From assembly GCA_050250935.1 (NCBI GenBank), contig JBFWNS010000002.1:32001-96000 (forward strand): a stretch of 64,000 bases of DNA, read 5' to 3'. Below, one piece after another: positions 19,412-28,794 of this stretch. Position numbers and translations under genes: made by a program. This DNA is from Candidatus Margulisiibacteriota bacterium (GTDB lineage Bacteria; Margulisbacteria; Marinamargulisbacteria; JBFWNS01). Every line of letters begins with the position of its first letter. The stretch's first letter is position 1. The notes under the pieces are model-generated. The model had not been told where the DNA came from. It saw only the letters and a program-made list of their open reading frames with translations, and ran no database searches.

Positions 19412-20452
19412 ATGAAACCCACACAGAACTTGAATATTATGGAAGTTACCCCGCTTATTTCTCCAGCCGAGCTCAAATCGGCCCTTCCCATGACGGAAAA
19501 ATCCAATCAAACCGTCATTGAAAGCCGCCGTGTCATCGCCAATATTTTGGATGGCACGGACCCCCGATTTTTGGTGATTACTGGCCCTTGTTCGATTCAC
19601 GATCCCGAAGCCGCCTTGGATTATGCCAGACGGCTGGTCAAGCTTCACCAAGCTTTTTCAGATAAGCTCTACATTGTCATGCGGGTTTATTTTGAAAAAC
19701 CCCGAACCATTATTGGATGGAAAGGGTTGATTAACGACCCGAATTTAGACGGCTCTTGCGACATGCCCAAAGGCCTACACATCGCAAGAGACCTCTTGCT
19801 TAAAATCACAGAAATGGGACTTCCAACCGCCACCGAGGTATTGGATACGATTTCTCCACAATATTTGTCAGACTTGGTGGCTTGGGCATCGATTGGGGCT
19901 AGAACCACCGAATCCCAAACCCACCGCGAAATGGCCAGTGGCTTGTCCATGCCAGTCGGCTTTAAAAATGGGACAGATGGCAGCTTGGATGTGGCCATTG
20001 CGGCCATGCAATCGGCCCTACATCCCCACAGTTTTATCGGCATTAACCAGGATGGCCGAACCAGTGTCATTCGCACCAAAGGCAACCCCCAAGGTCATGT
20101 GATTTTGCGGGGCGGCAAAAAAGCGCCCAACTATTCTGAAACCAGCATCTCTGAAGCCGTGTCTGCCCTTCAAAAAGAAGGCCTTAACCCCAGACTTTTG
20201 GTGGATTGCAGCCATGCCAATTCCAATAAAAAACACGAAAACCAAGCCGAGGTATTGCGTAGCGTATTGGCCCAAGTGCGAGGCGGAAACCGCAACATTA
20301 TGGGCATTATGCTCGAAAGCAACCTGGTAGAAGGCAGCCAAAAAATTCCAGACAATCTGACAGAGCTTAAGTACGGGGTTTCCGTTACAGACGCCTGTAT
20401 CGGTTGGGAAACCACCGAAAAATTGTTGGGCGAATTGGCAGAAGCTTTGTAG
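19412..20452 (+). CDS. aroG: 3-deoxy-7-phosphoheptulonate synthase, class I alpha (AroF/G/H isoform not resolved)
   Basis: GPCSIHD, MRVYFEKPRT, IGARTTESQTHRE, DCSHANS, SVTDAC. Confidence 0.92.
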   Translation: MKPTQNLNIMEVTPLISPAELKSALPMTEKSNQTVIESRRVIANILDGTDPRFLVITGPCSIHDPEAALDYARRLVKLHQAFSDKLYIVMRVYFEKPRTIIGWKGLINDPNLDGSCDMPKGLHIARDLLLKITEMGLPTATEVLDTISPQYLSDLVAWASIGARTTESQTHREMASGLSMPVGFKNGTDGSLDVAIAAMQSALHPHSFIGINQDGRTSVIRTKGNPQGHVILRGGKKAPNYSETSISEAVSALQKEGLNPRLLVDCSHANSNKKHENQAEVLRSVLAQVRGGNRNIMGIMLESNLVEGSQKIPDNLTELKYGVSVTDACIGWETTEKLLGELAEAL

Positions 20453-20455
20453 CCC

Positions 20456-21226
20456 ATGAAGCGTGCTTTTATTCCGATTGGACACAAAATTCTGGCCTTT
20501 TTTGATGAACTGGGCCAGATCACCATTCTGACGGGCCAGCTGATTAAGCGCCTGTTTACAGAACCTTTTCCCATGCGCCGCAGTTTGGACCAGATTTTGC
20601 AACTGGGGATTGCCTCTTTGCCGGTAACCGTGATTACCGCCGTGTTCGTGGGTATGGCCTTTACCATTCAGGTGGTTCGCGAATTTTTGCGTTTTGGGGC
20701 CGGCGACATGGTTGGTGGTGTTGTGGGTTTGGCCATTTGGCGGGAATTGGGCCCCCTTTTAACCGGAGTTGTGGTGGCTGGGCGCGTTGGGGCTGCTATT
20801 TCGGCCGAGATTGGCACCATGAAAGTTACCGAACAAATCGAAGCTTTGGAAGCCATGTCCCAAGACCCGGTTCACTATTTGGTGGTTCCCCGTGTGGTGG
20901 CTTGCACCTATATGTTGCCGCTTTTGGTTGGGATAGCCGATATTGTGGGATTTTTAGGCGGTTTTGTGGTCGCAATTGCCAGCGGACGCATTAATCCCTA
21001 TGCCTATTTCAGCTCGGCGCAAAGCATGTTGCATACCATCGATATTGCTGGCGGGTTAATTAAGGCCGTCTTTTTTGGATTTACCATTGCCCTTCTGAGT
21101 TCGTATATGGGCCTCAATGCCAAAGCGGGCGCAAAAGGGGTTGGCGAAGTCACCACCAAAGCGGTGGTTATTTCCTTAATTACTGTTTTTATCCTTAATT
21201 ATTTCCTTTCTTTGGTAACCCGATGA
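20456..21226 (+). CDS. mlaE: MlaE family lipid ABC transporter permease
   Basis: RELGPLLTGVVVAGRVGAAISAEIGTMKVTEQIEAL. Confidence 0.93.
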   Translation: MKRAFIPIGHKILAFFDELGQITILTGQLIKRLFTEPFPMRRSLDQILQLGIASLPVTVITAVFVGMAFTIQVVREFLRFGAGDMVGGVVGLAIWRELGPLLTGVVVAGRVGAAISAEIGTMKVTEQIEALEAMSQDPVHYLVVPRVVACTYMLPLLVGIADIVGFLGGFVVAIASGRINPYAYFSSAQSMLHTIDIAGGLIKAVFFGFTIALLSSYMGLNAKAGAKGVGEVTTKAVVISLITVFILNYFLSLVTR

Positions 21227-21960
21227 CAAGTCCACAAATCGAAGTGATCGATCTTTACAAATCTTTTCCTGGTAAAACCATTATGTCTGGCCTGTCCTTG
21301 TCCATTCAAAAAGGCGAAAAAATTGCGATTATTGGCCCCTCTGGCTCTGGAAAAAGCACCCTATTGCGGTTGGTAATGGGACTTCAAAAACCCAACCATG
21401 GCACCATTTTGGTGGAAGGCCACAACATTCATCGACTTCGTCCCAAGGCCGTTCAGCAACTGCGCATGAAATTTGGCATGTTGTTTCAATCTGCAGCGCT
21501 TTTTGATTCCATGACGGTCGGAGACAACGTCGCCTTTACCCTTCGGGAAATCTTCAGGCTGCCAGAATCTGAAATCAAAAAACAAGTGGCCGAAAAACTC
21601 GAATTGGTGGAGATGAGCGGCAGCGAAAACGCCATGCCCTCGGATTTATCGGGGGGTCAAAAAAAGCGCATTGGATTGGCCCGGGCTTTGGCCGCAAATC
21701 CAGAAATCATGCTCTATGACGAGCCCACAACCGGTCTGGATCCGATCTTATCAACCAATATCGAAGACCTGATTGTTAAACTCAACAATCACTTACATGT
21801 GACCTCAATTGTGGTCACCCATCAAATTTCAACCATTTTACGAACAGCAGACAAAATCTATCTGGTTCACGAGGGAAAACTCTTTCCACCGGAAACCCCA
21901 GACAGTATTATGGACTCTCCCAACGAGATTGTCCGTCGGTTCATTCGAGGAGGATTGTAG
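21223..21960 (+). CDS. mlaF: MlaF family ABC ATPase
   Basis: Walker A GPSGSGKS, FQSAALFDS, LSGGQKKR, YDEPTTGLDP; lies between mlaE and mlaD. Confidence 0.92.
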   Translation: MTSPQIEVIDLYKSFPGKTIMSGLSLSIQKGEKIAIIGPSGSGKSTLLRLVMGLQKPNHGTILVEGHNIHRLRPKAVQQLRMKFGMLFQSAALFDSMTVGDNVAFTLREIFRLPESEIKKQVAEKLELVEMSGSENAMPSDLSGGQKKRIGLARALAANPEIMLYDEPTTGLDPILSTNIEDLIVKLNNHLHVTSIVVTHQISTILRTADKIYLVHEGKLFPPETPDSIMDSPNEIVRRFIRGGL

Positions 21961-21962
21961 TC

Positions 21963-23273
21963 GTGCAGCATCAGTATCAAGCGCTTAAGGTGGGGATTGC
22001 GTCGTTTATCATGTTGGTTATGATTTCCGGATTGTTGATTTGGAAAAGTAACATTTTTTTAAGGGCCACCGGCTACGAGCTGATTGGCGATTTTCAAAGC
22101 ATCGGCGGTCTTTTGGATAACGCAGAAGTTCGGTATCGCGGTTATAAAATTGGAAATGTGGCCAAAATTGTGCCTGGGCCCAAATCGGTTCAGGTTCATT
22201 TTTTTGTTGCCCCTGGCTCTGAAATTCCCAAAAGTTCCAAACTCAAAATTATTTTTGATGGCTTGGTTGGCGAAAAATACATCTCGATTGTTCCCGATGG
22301 CAGTGATTCGGAGATGGCCAAAGAAGGTGATATTTTGCATGGCTATGCCACCTCTGGGCTTGCAGACTTTGTGGATGTTGGAACCCAAAATTTGCAACAC
22401 ACCAAAGAAATTGTGGCCAGTTTGGAAAAAATTCTGACCTCTAAAGATGTAAACGATGCCATTCGAAACACACTGCTTCGCATCGAAGACATTGCCAACA
22501 ACCTCAATGCGCTTACAACAGCCCTGTCTTCCAACGATATCAAAGACATCGTGGCCAATTTGCGCTCGGTTTCTGCCAGCCTTGAAAAAACATCCACAGT
22601 GTTGCTGGCCGATGGCAATTTTGCCGGCAATATTAAGCAAGCCTCTTCCGATTTGGCTCTCATGAGTCAAAACCTTAAAGGCATTTCAGAAACCATCAAC
22701 ACTCAAATTACCCCAGAGTCTTTTCAAAAAATCAACAACACCATCAGCAATATCGAAGCCATTACTGGCGAAGTACGAACCATGATGGTCAACCCAGATG
22801 GCAGTACCAAAAATGTGCTATCAAAACCCAAAACCTTGTTGGGAACCCTTGGGGCTCTGAAAGTACAACCCACAGCTGGTCTGAACTATTCCTTGCTGGA
22901 CAAACAAACCTATTACGATGCCGGTGCCGATTTCAAAGTGTATGACAGTTTCTTCCGATTTGGGGTTACAGATCGTGGGGGGTCTTCACAGCTTGCACAC
23001 ATTCAACAAGGGACAGACTGGGGAACCAACGTCAGCTCGCGGATTGGGCTTGTGTACAGCAAACCCGGTGTCGGTCTGGACTACCACCTTAGCAAACGAA
23101 CTTCTTTGTCTTTGGATGTCTACGATTTGAATAAAGTCCAAGCCGAATTGACGGGAAGAACCCCCATTTTGGACAGCCCTATCGATATGGTTTTGAATCT
23201 TCGCAAAGACCCCAACACCGAATCGGGTGCCTTTAACAACGTGTCCCTGGGTGTTTCTTACCAGCCCAAATGA
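21963..23273 (+). CDS. mlaD: Long MlaD/MCE protein with a helical region and a C-terminal beta-strand domain
   Basis: N-terminal TM; MCE motifs GGLLDNAEVRYRGYKIGNV and GLVGEKYISI; helical repeats; C-terminal alternating beta-strands ending VSLGVSYQPK. Confidence 0.88.
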   Translation: MQHQYQALKVGIASFIMLVMISGLLIWKSNIFLRATGYELIGDFQSIGGLLDNAEVRYRGYKIGNVAKIVPGPKSVQVHFFVAPGSEIPKSSKLKIIFDGLVGEKYISIVPDGSDSEMAKEGDILHGYATSGLADFVDVGTQNLQHTKEIVASLEKILTSKDVNDAIRNTLLRIEDIANNLNALTTALSSNDIKDIVANLRSVSASLEKTSTVLLADGNFAGNIKQASSDLALMSQNLKGISETINTQITPESFQKINNTISNIEAITGEVRTMMVNPDGSTKNVLSKPKTLLGTLGALKVQPTAGLNYSLLDKQTYYDAGADFKVYDSFFRFGVTDRGGSSQLAHIQQGTDWGTNVSSRIGLVYSKPGVGLDYHLSKRTSLSLDVYDLNKVQAELTGRTPILDSPIDMVLNLRKDPNTESGAFNNVSLGVSYQPK

Positions 23274-23614
23274 GCATCACCAGCACCCCGTGGGGAGAGT
23301 GGGAAGTTCTGTTTGAATCTGACTTCTGCAAGGTCAAACGGCTTTTGATTGCCCCTTTAAAGCGGCTCAGCTATCAAACCCATCAATTTCGCGAGGAATA
23401 TTGGACAGTTGTTCAGGGCCAGGCCTTGGTTGTTTTGGATGGCCAAGACCATCTGCTTCAGGCTGGGCAGCAACTCTTTATTCCTTTAAAGGCCGCCCAC
23501 CGTATCGCCAATCCCGATGACACCACCCCCCTGGTCATTATCGAAATCCAGCGTGGTAGCTATTTTGGCGAAGACGACATTACCCGCCTCGAAGACGATT
23601 TCGGCCGGGTTTAA
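23270..23614 (+). CDS. Phosphomannose isomerase type II C-terminal cupin domain protein
   Basis: TPWGEW, RLSYQTH..REEYWTVVQG, HRIAN, IEIQRGSYFGEDDITRLEDDFGR. Confidence 0.9.
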   Translation: MSITSTPWGEWEVLFESDFCKVKRLLIAPLKRLSYQTHQFREEYWTVVQGQALVVLDGQDHLLQAGQQLFIPLKAAHRIANPDDTTPLVIIEIQRGSYFGEDDITRLEDDFGRV

Positions 23615-23616
23615 AC

Positions 23617-25098
23617 CTAGTCTGGTTTTACAACTTTACCCCGAAGGGCTTTACCGGGCTCAACCCCTTTGACCAATTGTCCCTCGTCCAAGACAAAGAC
23701 CCCGTTCACCATGACATAGTCCATCCCTTCCGAAAACTGCCTTGGGTTTTCAAAGGTGGCTTTATCGGATAGTTTTTTAAGATCGAAGACCACCACATCG
23801 GCATCGCAGCCTTCTTGAAGACGACCCTTGAATTTAAATTGAGGCGAAACACTTTCCAACTGTTGAGCAGGTAGAAGGGTCATTTTTTTGATGGCCGAGG
23901 ACAAAGCCATCCAATGCCCTTCGACCACATATTTTCGAAGCATACGCACAAAAGCACCGGCTGTTCGGGGATGGGCCGTATCCCCCGACAGGGTTCCTTC
24001 TGAAACCACAACCGATAGCGGACTGGTCATGACCGTTGCCAAAGCACTTTTGGACAAGGTATTGGGCAAAATCACCGGCTTTAGGTTGATTTGTTTAACC
24101 TTGGGTTTTTCGGCTGTTTCGGCTTCTAGCGATGCATTTTTTGAGGTCTCTTCTTGCTTCCCATGCAGGGCCAAACCGGCAGCTGGGGTGATGGCTTGAT
24201 ACGGATAGGCATCGACGGTGATGTCCACACCATTGTTTCTGGCAAACTGGGCCGCAGCCAAAAGATCTGGGGTTTTTTCCAAAGCAGTAGCATGAAGGTG
24301 GTGGATATGCAGCGCTGCACCACTGATTTTTGCAGCACCAATGGCTTCTTCAAGCCCAAACAAGGCATCGTTAGGCTGAAACGAGGTTGCAGGTCGCAAT
24401 CCGATAAAACAAGGGGCCTTGTAGCGGGCCGCTTGATAAAACACATCGGCAATTTCTTTGGCCGACACCCCTGGGGTATAAGCCGGGTTAACCGCCACAC
24501 CCAACGCCCCTTGTTTTAGACCTTGTTCAACCAAGGTTACAATCAGCTCTTCGTGTTCGTCATCAGCAGTAATGGATGCCGCCAAACCGGTTGGCAAATA
24601 CAAGAGTGGATTCACCACTTCCAGCCGCTGTTTGGTGGCCAATAAAGGCCCGGAAAGGGGGTCATTAAATACCGAAATTCGAATTTGGACATGACCCACC
24701 GCCACCCCATAATTTAACTTGGCGTGCCGGCCCCGAACCGAATACCAATGGTCGACATCGAAAGTCCCAATGCCAGTGTCCAAGGCCGTGGTGACCCCAT
24801 CATAAATGTAATAGTCTTCGTGTTCGCCATCTTGCCCATAGGCCACCAGATCGATAAAGCCCGGGGCAACCACTTTGTCTGTGGCATCGATGGTGCGTCG
24901 CCCTTCGAGAGGGGTTTTGGAGACTTTAACAATTTTTCCTTTTGAAATCCCAATACTACGAACCGAATCCAAATAGGTTTCGGGATCAATCACCCGGCCA
25001 TTGTTAATCACCACATCATACGTTGGGGTTCGAGAACAGGATATCAAACCCAGGCACAGTACAGCCATCAGGGTGATTGCTGCATTTTTTATGGTCAT
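23617..25098 (-). CDS. D-aminoacylase/dihydroorotase-like amidohydrolase-fold lipoprotein with degenerate metal ligands
   Basis: Lipobox LISC; GRVIDPET, VAPGFID, HPRTAGAF, GRLQEGCDADVVVFD. The HxH position reads VAY. Confidence 0.8.
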   Translation of the reverse strand: MTIKNAAITLMAVLCLGLISCSRTPTYDVVINNGRVIDPETYLDSVRSIGISKGKIVKVSKTPLEGRRTIDATDKVVAPGFIDLVAYGQDGEHEDYYIYDGVTTALDTGIGTFDVDHWYSVRGRHAKLNYGVAVGHVQIRISVFNDPLSGPLLATKQRLEVVNPLLYLPTGLAASITADDEHEELIVTLVEQGLKQGALGVAVNPAYTPGVSAKEIADVFYQAARYKAPCFIGLRPATSFQPNDALFGLEEAIGAAKISGAALHIHHLHATALEKTPDLLAAAQFARNNGVDITVDAYPYQAITPAAGLALHGKQEETSKNASLEAETAEKPKVKQINLKPVILPNTLSKSALATVMTSPLSVVVSEGTLSGDTAHPRTAGAFVRMLRKYVVEGHWMALSSAIKKMTLLPAQQLESVSPQFKFKGRLQEGCDADVVVFDLKKLSDKATFENPRQFSEGMDYVMVNGVFVLDEGQLVKGVEPGKALRGKVVKPD

Positions 25099-25799
25099 AA
25101 AGAGTCTCCAAGATCGTGTTGTTCTTTTCGGGTTAAATGCCGATAGTCGCCTTCGGCAAGCGCACCCAAAATAATGCTATGAAATCGAATGCGTTTCAAA
25201 AATACCACCCTGGCGCCCAGGCATTGTAACATGCGTCGGATTTGCCGGTTTTTTCCTTCCACCATAATGATGCGAAACGTTACCGTGGAAACAGGAATCA
25301 CGGTCGTGGGCTTGCTGACTGTACTGAGCAGTTGAACCCCGGTTTCGAGTTGGTGCTTCATGTCTTCGGTTAAGGGGCGGTCGATTCGAACCAGGTATTC
25401 GCGTTCGTGTGGAAGATCGTCGGGTTGAAGAATTTTTTTTGCAAAAACCCCATCATCAGACAATAAAATCAGGCCTTCAGATTCTTTGTCCAAACGACCA
25501 ATGGCCGAGAGACTTTTTAATTTTTCAGGGAGCAAGTCTTTAATTTCTTGCTCTCCGGCCTGGGGCAAATTGGTTACGATACCGCGGGGCTTGTGAAAGG
25601 CAATATAGGTTTTTTTTCTGCGGCTAAACGCGGGATCGATGGTAATGTGGTCGCGGTCGGTGTCCACCCGTGTGCCCAGTTCGGTTACCACAACCCCATT
25701 AACCCGAATGTACCCCGCAACCAAAGCCGCTTCGGTTTCTTTTCGCGACAAGAGTCCCTGGTTGGAGACCACTTTTTGAATGCGTTCCAATGGGGCCAT
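25095..25799 (-). CDS. RsuA/RluB/RluF-family rRNA pseudouridine synthase
   Basis: N-terminal S4 domain, FHKPRG, IGRLDKESEGL, EGKNRQIRRM. Confidence 0.92.
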   Translation of the reverse strand: MAPLERIQKVVSNQGLLSRKETEAALVAGYIRVNGVVVTELGTRVDTDRDHITIDPAFSRRKKTYIAFHKPRGIVTNLPQAGEQEIKDLLPEKLKSLSAIGRLDKESEGLILLSDDGVFAKKILQPDDLPHEREYLVRIDRPLTEDMKHQLETGVQLLSTVSKPTTVIPVSTVTFRIIMVEGKNRQIRRMLQCLGARVVFLKRIRFHSIILGALAEGDYRHLTRKEQHDLGDSL

Positions 25800-26338
25800 T
25801 AGGGTATTCGTCTTTCAAGTTCAAGAACCGCTTGATCCAGCAAGTTGGGCAGCTCTTTTTCTTCGGATGATGAAAAATTAGATAAGACAAAATCGGAAAC
25901 ATCAGCCCCCTCTGGTTTGGGGCCAATGCCAATGCGTAACCTGGGAAATTCGGTGGTTTTAAGGTGGGCCACAGCCGATTTCATGCCATTGTGTGTACCT
26001 GCACTGCCTTTATCCCGATAGCGGATGGTCCCGAAAGGGATATCGAAATCGTCGTACACCACCGTTACTAGGCTGGGTGGCAATTTATAAAAACGACAGG
26101 CTGCCGAAATGGCCTCCCCCGACAGATTCATATAGGTTAAGGGCTTCAGAATCAATACCTCCGCTGCTTCGCCAGCAGCACGTCGCCAAGTTCCTTTAAA
26201 AACATCGGATTTAAACTTTTGGGTTCCCCCCAAAATGCCCAGTTTTTCGACCAATAAATCGGCAAACCGAAACCCAACATTGTGGCGGGTTCTTTCGTAC
26301 TCTTTTCCTGGGTTTCCCAGGCAGGCAATCACCAACAT
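25799..26338 (-). CDS. pth: Peptidyl-tRNA hydrolase
   Basis: LGNPGKEYERTRHNVGF, KPLTYMNLSG, GSAGTHNG, RLRIGIG. Start taken at ATG 26338. Confidence 0.95.
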   Translation of the reverse strand: MLVIACLGNPGKEYERTRHNVGFRFADLLVEKLGILGGTQKFKSDVFKGTWRRAAGEAAEVLILKPLTYMNLSGEAISAACRFYKLPPSLVTVVYDDFDIPFGTIRYRDKGSAGTHNGMKSAVAHLKTTEFPRLRIGIGPKPEGADVSDFVLSNFSSSEEKELPNLLDQAVLELERRIP

Positions 26339-26354
26339 GGTGCTATGGTAACAC

Positions 26355-26390
26355 AATAAAAAAAGCCTGCAACGGGTGCAGGCTTTTATT
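26355..26390. terminator. Intrinsic terminator downstream of tRNA-fMet
   Basis: AAAAGCCTGCA-acggg-TGCAGGCTTTT hairpin flanked by A and T tracts. Confidence 0.8.
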
Positions 26391-26399
26391 CAATGACGT

Positions 26400-26474
<75 letters not shown>

Positions 26475-26493
26475 TCGAAAAATAAGGCATTTC

Positions 26494-26522
26494 AGTATAG
26501 TCCCACTCGAGGCTAAAGTAAA
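26494..26522 (-). promoter_or_regulatory. Putative sigma70 promoter of tRNA-fMet
   Basis: TTTACT-N17-TATACT about 20 nt upstream of the tRNA. Confidence 0.6.
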
Positions 26523-27811
26523 GTCCCTTTCAAAATCAAGCTCGCAATCGAGAAATACAAAATCAGTCCCGTTACATCCACCAAGGTGGCCACAAAGGGG
26601 GTGGATGCACTGGCCGGGTCGAATTTAAGCTTTCGCAATCCAAAGGGCAGCATGGAGCCCGCGATGGTTCCCCACAGCACAACCCCGACCAAACTTAAGC
26701 CTACCGTGGCGGCAACCAGTAAAAAATGGGTCCCATAATAGCCGCCCACATAGTGCCACAAAATGATTCTTGCAAATCCAATCGAGCCCAAAATAGAGCC
26801 CATCAAAACACCGGCACCCAATTCGCGGCGAAGCACCCGCCACCAATCTCGCAACCGTACCTCGCCCAGGGCCATGGCCCGAATAACCAAGGTCGATGCT
26901 TGGGACCCAGAATTTCCCCCACTGCTGATAATCAGGGGCACAAACAACGCCAACACCACGGCTTTTGCGATTTCAGTTTCAAAAAAACCCATGGCTGTGG
27001 CGGTTAACATTTCACCAATAAACAAGGCCGCCAACCACCCCACCCTTTTTTGAACCATGGTGGCAAAATTAATTTTTAAATAGGGCTCTTCGAGGGCTTC
27101 TGTACCCCCAATTTTTTGGATGTCTTCGGTAGCCGATTCGTTGACAACGTCGACGATATCGTCAAAGGTTACAATCCCTTTCATGACATGGTTCGAATCG
27201 ACAACGGGCAAAGCAATCAGGTCGTGTTTGGAAAGAACCTGCCCCACTTCGTCCTCATTCATTTCTTCGGGAACGGCTATGACATCGCTACACATGACAT
27301 CTTCAACCCGACGGTCGGGTTGGCTGGCAAACAATTCTCGAAACGACACAACTCCCAACAGGTGTTGCCGAGAATCCAACACATAGGCATATTGAATGGT
27401 TTCCACATGGGGCGCTTGGATGCGCAAATAGCGAATGGCCTCGTCGATGGGCATTTCGGGGCGAACCCGGGCAAATCGGGGGCTCATGAGTCCGCCAGCC
27501 TCGTCTTCGGCATAGGCCATCAGCGCTGTTACTTCTTTTCGGGTAACTTGGTCCAACAGATTCAAAAACCGTTGGCGATCTTCTTCGGGGACTTCTTGAA
27601 TCAAATCCACGGCGTCATCGGGCTCCAAAAGCCTAACCCAAAGCCGACGCTGCAAATGGGGCATCACCAACAATACCTCGGCCTGCTCTTTTGCAGTTAG
27701 GGTCAAAAACAGCTCTTCGGCTTCGGATCGGCTCAATTGATTAAACCAATTCAGCTTCTCTTCCATCGACCCATTGGTCCAAGATTCAGGTAATGTGGTG
27801 GGTTCTATCAT
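26513..27811 (-). CDS. mgtE: Magnesium transporter MgtE
   Basis: CBS pair, SGGNSGSQAS and DPASASTPFVATLVDVTG. Confidence 0.95.
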   Translation of the reverse strand: MIEPTTLPESWTNGSMEEKLNWFNQLSRSEAEELFLTLTAKEQAEVLLVMPHLQRRLWVRLLEPDDAVDLIQEVPEEDRQRFLNLLDQVTRKEVTALMAYAEDEAGGLMSPRFARVRPEMPIDEAIRYLRIQAPHVETIQYAYVLDSRQHLLGVVSFRELFASQPDRRVEDVMCSDVIAVPEEMNEDEVGQVLSKHDLIALPVVDSNHVMKGIVTFDDIVDVVNESATEDIQKIGGTEALEEPYLKINFATMVQKRVGWLAALFIGEMLTATAMGFFETEIAKAVVLALFVPLIISSGGNSGSQASTLVIRAMALGEVRLRDWWRVLRRELGAGVLMGSILGSIGFARIILWHYVGGYYGTHFLLVAATVGLSLVGVVLWGTIAGSMLPFGLRKLKFDPASASTPFVATLVDVTGLILYFSIASLILKGTLL

Positions 27812-27899
27812 ACTTAGGATAGAAAAACATGAGGCTACAAAAAAAACAAGATACGCTATACTGGGAGCATCCCATTTTTTTGTTCATAAAGGAGGCGGC

Positions 27900-28433
27900 A
27901 TGAAAACGTTTAAAAAAGCGTTGATTGTTTTGGTTTTGTTTTTGGTGATTTTGGGTGTTATTGGATTGTTTCTGCCCAGTGTTTGGTCGGTTCAACGGTC
28001 CATTACAGTCAATGCACCGGCATCAAAAGTTTTTCCTTATATTAACAATTTTAAAACAGGCTGGCCGCAATGGAGTGCGTTTGATTCTATGGGCGGCGCG
28101 GTTTACACCTATTCGGGTCCCGAAGAAGGCATTGGCGCATCCAGAAGTTGGGTTTCGAAACAAGGCGATGGCCAACAAACCATGACCAAGTCCGACGAAA
28201 ACACGGGCATCGAATACGAAATCGCCATGGCCAATGGGGTGAATATCACAGGTACACTAGCCCTGAGCTCCGAAGGCGATACAACCACCATCACATTTAC
28301 CGATATGGGCAATAATGGCGGCAACATTGTTCATAAATACCTAAGTCTGGTCATCCAAAAAATGATTGGTAAAACCATGGACACCAGCCTCCAAAATCTT
28401 AAACAATTGGCAGAAGCCCCTACGCCGGAATAA
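27900..28433 (+). CDS. SRPBCC/polyketide cyclase-like membrane-anchored protein
   Basis: SD AAGGAGG before ATG 27900; N-terminal TM; VQRSITVNAPASKVFPYI, WPQWS, LQNLKQLAE. Confidence 0.85.
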   Translation: MKTFKKALIVLVLFLVILGVIGLFLPSVWSVQRSITVNAPASKVFPYINNFKTGWPQWSAFDSMGGAVYTYSGPEEGIGASRSWVSKQGDGQQTMTKSDENTGIEYEIAMANGVNITGTLALSSEGDTTTITFTDMGNNGGNIVHKYLSLVIQKMIGKTMDTSLQNLKQLAEAPTPE

Positions 28434-28460
28434 AAAGCCCCTTTGTTTGGGGGCCTTTAA
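28434..28460 (+). terminator. Probable intrinsic terminator
   Basis: GCCCCT-ttgttt-GGGGGC hairpin followed by CTTT directly after the stop. Confidence 0.5.
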
Positions 28461-28551
28461 CCGTGGCTTCCCACAGACATCTTTTTTTGCAATTTTTTTT
28501 TTATTGATTCGATAAAGAAGTGAGCAAATTAACTGATGTGGGAGGCCCAAC

Positions 28552-28794
28552 ATGTCTCTGTCTGATTCAAAACACGTTTTAAAAATTTTAGAAGCAACTG
28601 GATTGAAACTGACCCAAGAAACCGGAGGCCAATTTTTGGGCTCGTTTTTGGTTATCGAACCCCTGGAAAAAGGCTTGAACTATTACCGGGGCCAAACCGA
28701 GGATCAAAAAGATATCCTCTTTATTAGCCCCGACATTTTCCTTCGTACTGTTCAAATGACCGAGTCATCGCTCAGTATGAAGTTGTTTGGCTAA
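28552..28794 (+). CDS. Hypothetical protein, 80 aa
   Basis: SD GGAGG upstream of the ATG; convergent 4-nt overlap with the deaD stop. Confidence 0.6.
   Translation: MSLSDSKHVLKILEATGLKLTQETGGQFLGSFLVIEPLEKGLNYYRGQTEDQKDILFISPDIFLRTVQMTESSLSMKLFG

Noticed and set aside
27812..27899. M-box (ykoK) riboswitch upstream of mgtE
   Set aside because: The intergenic region is only about 90 nt, is A-rich and is shared with the divergent gene.
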